From: Eledone cirrhosa
Taxonomy: Eukaryota
DNA length: 64,000 bases
Direction of reading: 5' to 3'
NCBI GenBank assembly: GCA_964016885.1
Contig: OZ024752.1
Coordinates: 27,404,001 to 27,468,000, forward strand
The notes below the pieces were generated by a model, which was not told the DNA's origin, ran no database searches, and saw only the letters and a program-made list of their open reading frames with translations. Of this stretch, positions 57,866 to 64,000 are shown piece after piece. The translations under genes and the position numbers were made by a program. Every line of letters starts with the position of its first letter. Positions within the stretch are counted from its first letter, which is position 1.

Positions 57866-60800
57866 GGTTTATCAGCAGACAAATTGTAGAACTAGTACCA
57901 ACTACGGCTATCAACACACAATCTGTGGAACTAGTATCAACTTCGGCTATCAACACACAATCTGTGGAACTAGTAGCAACTTCGGCTATCAACACACAAA
58001 CTGTGGAACTAGTACAAACTTCGGCTATCACACACAAACTGTGGAACTAGTACCAACTACGGCTATCAACACACAAACTGTGGAACTAGTACCAACTTCG
58101 GCTATCAACACACAAACTGTGGAACTAGTACCAACTTCGGCTATCAACACACAATCTGTGGAACTAGTACAAACTTCGGCTATCAACACACAAACTGTGG
58201 AACTAGTACCAACTTCGGCTATCAACACACAAACTGTGGAACTAGTACCAACTGCGGCTATCAACACACAATCTGTGGAACTAATACCAACTTCGGCTAT
58301 CAACACACAAACTGTGGAACTAGTACCAACTTCGTCTATCAACACACAAACTGTGGAACTAGTACCAACTGCGGCTATCAACACACAAACTGTGGAACTA
58401 GTACCAACTGCGGCTATCAACACACAATCTGTGGAACTAGTACCAACTTCGGCTATCAACACACAAACTGTGGAACTAGTACCAACTTCGGCTATCAACA
58501 CACAAACTGTGGAACTAGTACCAACTTAGGCTATCAACACACAAACTGTGGAACTAGTACCAACTACGGCTATCAACACACAAACTGTGGAACTAGTAAA
58601 GACTTCGTCTATCAACACACAAACTGTGGAACTAGTACAAACTTCGTGTATCAACACACAAACTGTGAAACTAGTACCAACTTCGGCTATCAACACACAA
58701 AATGTGGAACTAGTACCAACTTCGGCTATCAACACACAAACTGTGGAACTAGTACAGACTTCGTCTATCAACACACAAACTGTGGAACTAGTACCGACTT
58801 CGGCTATCAACACACAAACTGTGGAACTAGTACACACTTCGACTATCAACACACAAACTGTGGAACTAGTACCAACTTCTTCTATCAACACACACACTGT
58901 GGAACTAGTACCAACTTCGGCTATCAACACACAATCTCTGGAACTAGTACCAGCTTCGTCTATCAACACACAAACCGTGGAACTAGTACACACTTCGTGT
59001 ATCAACACACAAATTGTGGAACTAGTACCAACTACGGCTATCAACACACAAACTGTGGAACTTGTACCAACTTCGGCTATCAACACACGAACTGTGGACC
59101 TAGTGCCAACTTCGTCTATCAACACACAAACTGTGGAACTAGTACCAACTTCGGCTATCAACACACAAACTGTGGAACTAGTACAAACTTTGGCTGTCAA
59201 CACACAAATTGTAGAACTAGTACCAACTTCGTGTATCAACACAGAAACTGTGGAACTAGTACCAACTTCGTCTATCAACACACAAACTGTGGAACTAGTA
59301 CCAACTTCGTCTATCAACACACAAACTGTGGAACTAGTACAAACTTCTTCTATCAACACACAAATTGTGGAATTCGTACCAACTTCGTGTATCAACACAG
59401 AAACTGTGGAACTAGTACCAACTTCGTCTATCAACACACAAACTGTGGAACTAGTACCAACTTCGTCTATCAACACACGAACTGTGGAACTAGTACCAAC
59501 TTCGGCTATCAACACACAAACTGTGGAACTAGTACAGACTTCGTCTATCAACACACAAACTGTGGAACTAGTACCGACTTCGGCTATCAACACACAAACT
59601 GTGGAACTAGTACCAACTTCGACTATCAACACACAAACTGTGGAACTAGTACCAACTTCTTCTATCAACACACAAACTGTGGAACTAGTACCAACTTCGA
59701 CTATCAACACACAAACTGTGGAACTAGTACCAACTTCGACTATCAACACACAAACTGTGGAACTAGTACCAACTTCTTCTATCAACACACAAACTGTGGA
59801 ACTAGTACCAACTTCGTCTATCAACACACAAACTGTGCAACTAGTACCAACTTCTATCAACACACAAACTGTGCAACTAGTTTCAACTTCGGCTATCAAC
59901 ACACAAGCTGTGGAACTAGTACCAACTTCTTCTATCAACAGACAAACTGTGCAACTAGTACCAACTTCGGCTATCAACACACAAACTGTGGACCTAGTAC
60001 CAACTTCGTCTATCAACACACAAACTGTGGAACTAGTACCAGCTTCGGCTATCAACAGACAAACTGTGGAACTAGTACCAAATTCGTCTATCAACACACA
60101 AACTGTGGAACTAGTACCAACTTCTTTATCAACACACAAACTGTGCAACTAGTACCAACTTCGGTTATCAACACACAAACTGAGGAACTAGTACCAACTA
60201 CAGCTATCAACACACAATCTCTGGAACTAGTACCAGCTCGCGTCTATCAACACACAAACCGTGGAACTAGTACACACTTCGTGTATCAACACACAAACTG
60301 TGGAACTAGTACCGACTTCGGCTATCAACACACAAACTGTGGAACTAGTACCAACTTCGACTATCAACACACAAACTGTGGAACTAGTACCAACTTCTTC
60401 TATCAACACACAAACTGTGGAACTAGTACCAACTTCGACTATCAACACACAAACTGTGGAACTAGTACCAACTTCGGCTATCAACACACAAACTGTGGAA
60501 CTAGTACCAACTTCGGCTATCAACACACGAACTGTGGACCTAGTGCCAACTTCGTCTATCAACACACAAACTGTGGAACTAGTACCAAATTCGTCTATCA
60601 ACACACAAACTGTGGAACTAGTACAAACTTCGGCTGTCAACACACAAATTGTAGAACTAGTACCAACTTCGTGTATCAACACAGAAACTGTGGAACTAGT
60701 ACCAACTTCGTCTATCAACACACAAACTGTGGAACTAGTACCAACTTCGTCTATCAACACACAAACTGTGGAACTAGTACCAACTTCTTCTATCAACACA

Positions 60801-61175
60801 CAAATTGTGGAACTAGTACCAACTTCGTGTATCAACACAGAAACTGTGGAACTAGTACCGACTTCGGCTATCAACACACAAACTGTGGAACTAGTACCGA
60901 CTTCGACTATCAACACACAAACTGTGGAACTAGTACCAACTTCTTCTATCAACACACACACTGTGGAACTAGTACCAACTTCGACTATCAACACACAAAC
61001 TGAGGAACTAGTACCAACTTCGGCTATCAACACACAATCTCTGGAACTAGTACCAGCTTCGTCTATCAACACACAAACCGTGGAACTAGTACACACTTCG
61101 TGTATCAACACACAAACTGTGAAACTAGTACCAACTTCGGCTATCAACACACAAACTGTGGAACTAGTACCAACT
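57866..61175. repeat. About 3.3-kb dispersed copy of about 47340-50649 (offset 10526 bp, 270 monomers)
   Basis: ORF offsets of 10526 (47326/57852, 47502/58028, 48022/58548, 48120/58646, 49701/60227), with a few private SNPs such as GAATTCGTACC near 59370. Confidence 0.9.
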
Positions 61176-64000
61176 TCGGCTGTCAACACACAAATTGTAG
61201 AACTAGTACCAACTTCGTGTATCAACACAGAAACTGTGGAACTAGTACCTACTTCGTCTATCAACACACAAACTGTGGAACTAGTACCAACTTCGTCTAT
61301 CAACACACAAACTGTGGAACTAGTACCAACTTCTTCTATCAACACACAAATTGTGGAACTAGTACCAACTTCGTGTATCAACACAGAAACTGGGGAACTA
61401 GTACCAACTTCGTCTATCAACACACAAACTGTGGAACTAGTACCAACTTCGTCTATCAACACACAAACTGTGGAACTAGTACCAACTTCGGCTATCAATA
61501 CACAAACTGTGGAACTAGTACAGACTTCGTCTATCAACACACAAACTGTGTAACTAGTACCGACTTCGGCTATCAACACACAAAATGTGGAACTAGTACC
61601 AACTTCGGCTATCAACACACAAACTGTGGAACTAGTACCAACTTCTTCTATCAACACACACACTGTGGAACTAGTACCAACTTCGGCTATCAACACACAA
61701 TCTCTGGAACTAGTACCAGCTTCGTCTATCAACACACAAACCGTGGAACTAGTACACACTTCGTGTATCAACACACAAATTGTGGAACTAGTACCAACTT
61801 CGGCTATCAACACACAAACTGTGGAACTAGTACCAACTACGGCTATCAACACACAAACTGTGGAACTAGTACCAACTTCGGCTATCAACACACGAACTGT
61901 GGACCTAGTGCCAACTTCGTCTATCAACACACAAACTGTGGAACTAGTACCAAATTCGGCTATCAACACACAAACTGTGGAACTTGTACAAACTTTGGCT
62001 GTCAACACACAAATTGTAGAACTAGTACCAACTTCGTGTATCAACACAGAAACTGTGGAACTAGTACCAACTTCGTCTATCAACACACAAACTGTGGAAC
62101 TAGTACCAACTTCGTCTATCAACACACAAACTGTGGAACTAGTACCAACTTCTTCTATCAACACACAAATTGTGGAACTAGTACCAACTTCGTGTATCAA
62201 CACAGAAACTGTGGAACTAGTACCAACTTCGTCTATCAACACACAAACTGTGGAACTAGTACCAACTTCGTCTATCAACACACAAACTGTGGAACTAGTA
62301 CCAACTTCGTCTATCAACACACAAACTGTGGAACTAGTACCAACTTCGTCTATCAACACACAAACTGTGGAACTAGTACCAACTTCGTCTATCAACACAC
62401 GAACTGTGGAACTAGTACCAACTTCGGCTATCAACACACAAACTGTGGAACTAGTACAGACTTCGTCTATCAACACACAAACTGTGGAACTAGTACCGAC
62501 TTCGGCTATCAACACACAAACTGTGGAACTAGTACCAACTTCGACTATCAACACACAAACTGTGGAACTAGTACCAACTTCTTCTATCAACACACAAACT
62601 GTGGAACTAGTACCAACTTCGACTATCAACACACAAACTGTGCAACTAGTACCAACTTCGACTATCAACACACAAACTGTGGAACTAGTACCAACTTCTT
62701 CTATCAACACACAAACTGTGCAACTAGTACCAACTTCGGCTATCAACACACAAACTGTGGAACTAGTACCAACTTCGTCTATCAACACACAAACTGTGCA
62801 ACTAGTACCAACTTCTATCAACACACAAACTGTGCAACTAGTATCAACTTCGGCTATCAACACACAAACTGTGGAACTAGTACTAACTTCTTCTATCAAC
62901 ACACAAACTGTGCAACTAGTACCAACTTCGGCTATCAACACACAAACTGTGGACCTAGTACCAACTTCGTCTATCAACACACAAACTGTGTAACTAGTAC
63001 CAGCTTCGGCTATCAACAGACAAACTGTGGAACTAGTACCAAATTCGTCTATCAACACACAAACTGTTGAACTAGTACCAACTTCTTTATCAACACACAA
63101 ACTGTGCAACTAGTACCAACTTCGGTTATCAACACACAAACTGAGGAACTAGTACCAACTACAGCTATCAACACACAATCTCTGGAACTAGTACCAGCTC
63201 GCGTCTATCAACACACAAACCGTGGAACTAGTACACACTTCGTGTATCAACACACAAACTGTGGAACTAGTACCAACTTCGGCTATCAATACACAAACTG
63301 TGGAACTAGTACCAACTTCGGCTATCAACACACAAACTGTTGAACTAGTACCAACTTCGGCTATCAACACACGAACTGTGGACCTAGTGCCAACTTCGTC
63401 TATCAACACACAAACTGTGGAACTAGTACCAAATTCGTCTATCAACACACAAACTGTGGAACTAGTACAAACTTCGGCTGTCAACACACAAATTGTAGAA
63501 CTAGTACCAACTTCGTGTATCAACACAGAAACTGTGCAACTAGTACCAACTTCGTCTATCAACACACAAACTGTGGAACTAGTACCAACTTCGTCTATCA
63601 ACACACAAACTGTGGAACTAGTACCAACTTCTTCTATCAACACACAAATTGTGGAACTAGTACCAACTTCGTGTATCAACACAGAAACTGTGGAACTAGT
63701 ACCGACTTCGGCTATCAACACACAAACTGTGGAACTAGTACCGACTTCGACTATCAACACACAAACTGTGGAACTAGTACCAACTTCTTCTATCAACACA
63801 CACACTGTGGAACTAGTACCAACTTCGACTATCAACACACAAACTGAGGAACTAGTACCAACTACGGCTATCAACACACAAACTGTGGAACTAGTACCAA
63901 CTTCGGCTATCAACACACAATCTGTGGAACTAGTACAAACTTCGGCTATCAACACACAAACTGTGGAACTAGTACCAACTTCGGCTATCAACACACAAAC

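Larger units (their letters stand above)
1..64000. repeat. 39-bp tandem satellite array, about 1,640 head-to-tail monomers, truncated at both window ends
   Basis: Monomer ACCAACTTCGTCTATCAACACACAAACTGTGGAACTAGT at 1-39 recurs at 40, 79, 118 and so on to the end of the window. Most copies differ from consensus by 0-4 substitutions. Minor 36-, 37-, 38- and 40-bp length variants occur. No non-repeat sequence and no reversed monomers were seen. Confidence 0.99.

Noticed and set aside
29-63994. All ORFs in the track as real genes (mucin-like TVELVPTSSINTQ, YQHTNCGTSTNF and antisense VLIDEVGTSSTVC repeats)
   Set aside because: The monomer length is divisible by 3, and about half of the frames of a 13-codon unit are expected to lack a stop by chance. 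The ORFs overlap in three frames, have no unique domains, mostly use GTG or TTG starts, and are broken by dozens of frameshifts. Stop codons (TAG near 13049, TAA near 32735) are copied along with the HORs.
1-64000. CRISPR array (repeat of 36-39 bp with a partial palindrome)
   Set aside because: The repeats are directly adjacent with no unique spacers, the variable part is only about 3 nt, and no leader or cas genes are present.
1-64000. Telomerase-synthesised telomeric repeat
   Set aside because: At 39 bp it is longer than the telomerase repeats I know of and it lacks G-runs. Inherited multi-kb variant patterns indicate recombinational copying rather than templated addition.
1-64000. Rolling-circle, concatemer or sequencing artefact
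   Set aside because: There is no single fixed long period. Variants are ordered, nested and regionally restricted, and sister blocks carry private SNPs. Mis-ordering of individual near-identical blocks by an assembler cannot be excluded without reads.
1-64000. Plasmid iterons, a diversity-generating retroelement, or a variant order that encodes information
   Set aside because: No rep, reverse transcriptase or recombinase gene is present, variation is not adenine-specific, and duplication history explains the variant order adequately.

Overview
The whole 64-kb window is one uninterrupted, single-orientation tandem array of about 1,640 copies of a 39-bp monomer. The consensus is ACCAACTTCG[T/G/A]CTATCAACACACAAACTGTGGAACTAGT (about 41% GC, A/C-rich on the + strand, with an SpeI site ACTAGT in most copies). 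The array runs off both ends of the window. I see no unique sequence, inversion, transposon, RNA gene, CRISPR spacer or credible gene. The many long ORFs arise because a 13-codon monomer has no stop in three of six frames; frameshifts and stop codons are themselves copied along with the repeat. The informative signal is the order of monomer variants, which shows nested higher-order repeats (HORs): 4-, 8- and 12-monomer units, multi-kb duplications (periods 3815, 4282, 3425, 3194, 1716, 3627, 3862 and 4678 bp) and a 10.5-kb-offset copy. There are two variant domains with a transition at about 27-33 kb, and several recombination junctions can be mapped to 10-21 bp. This architecture best fits eukaryotic satellite DNA (centromeric, pericentromeric or subtelomeric). 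The organism and function cannot be determined from the sequence alone, and I found no supportable new gene system. Periods come from ORF-track offsets checked against indel counts; block ends were read by eye and internal identity was only spot-checked.
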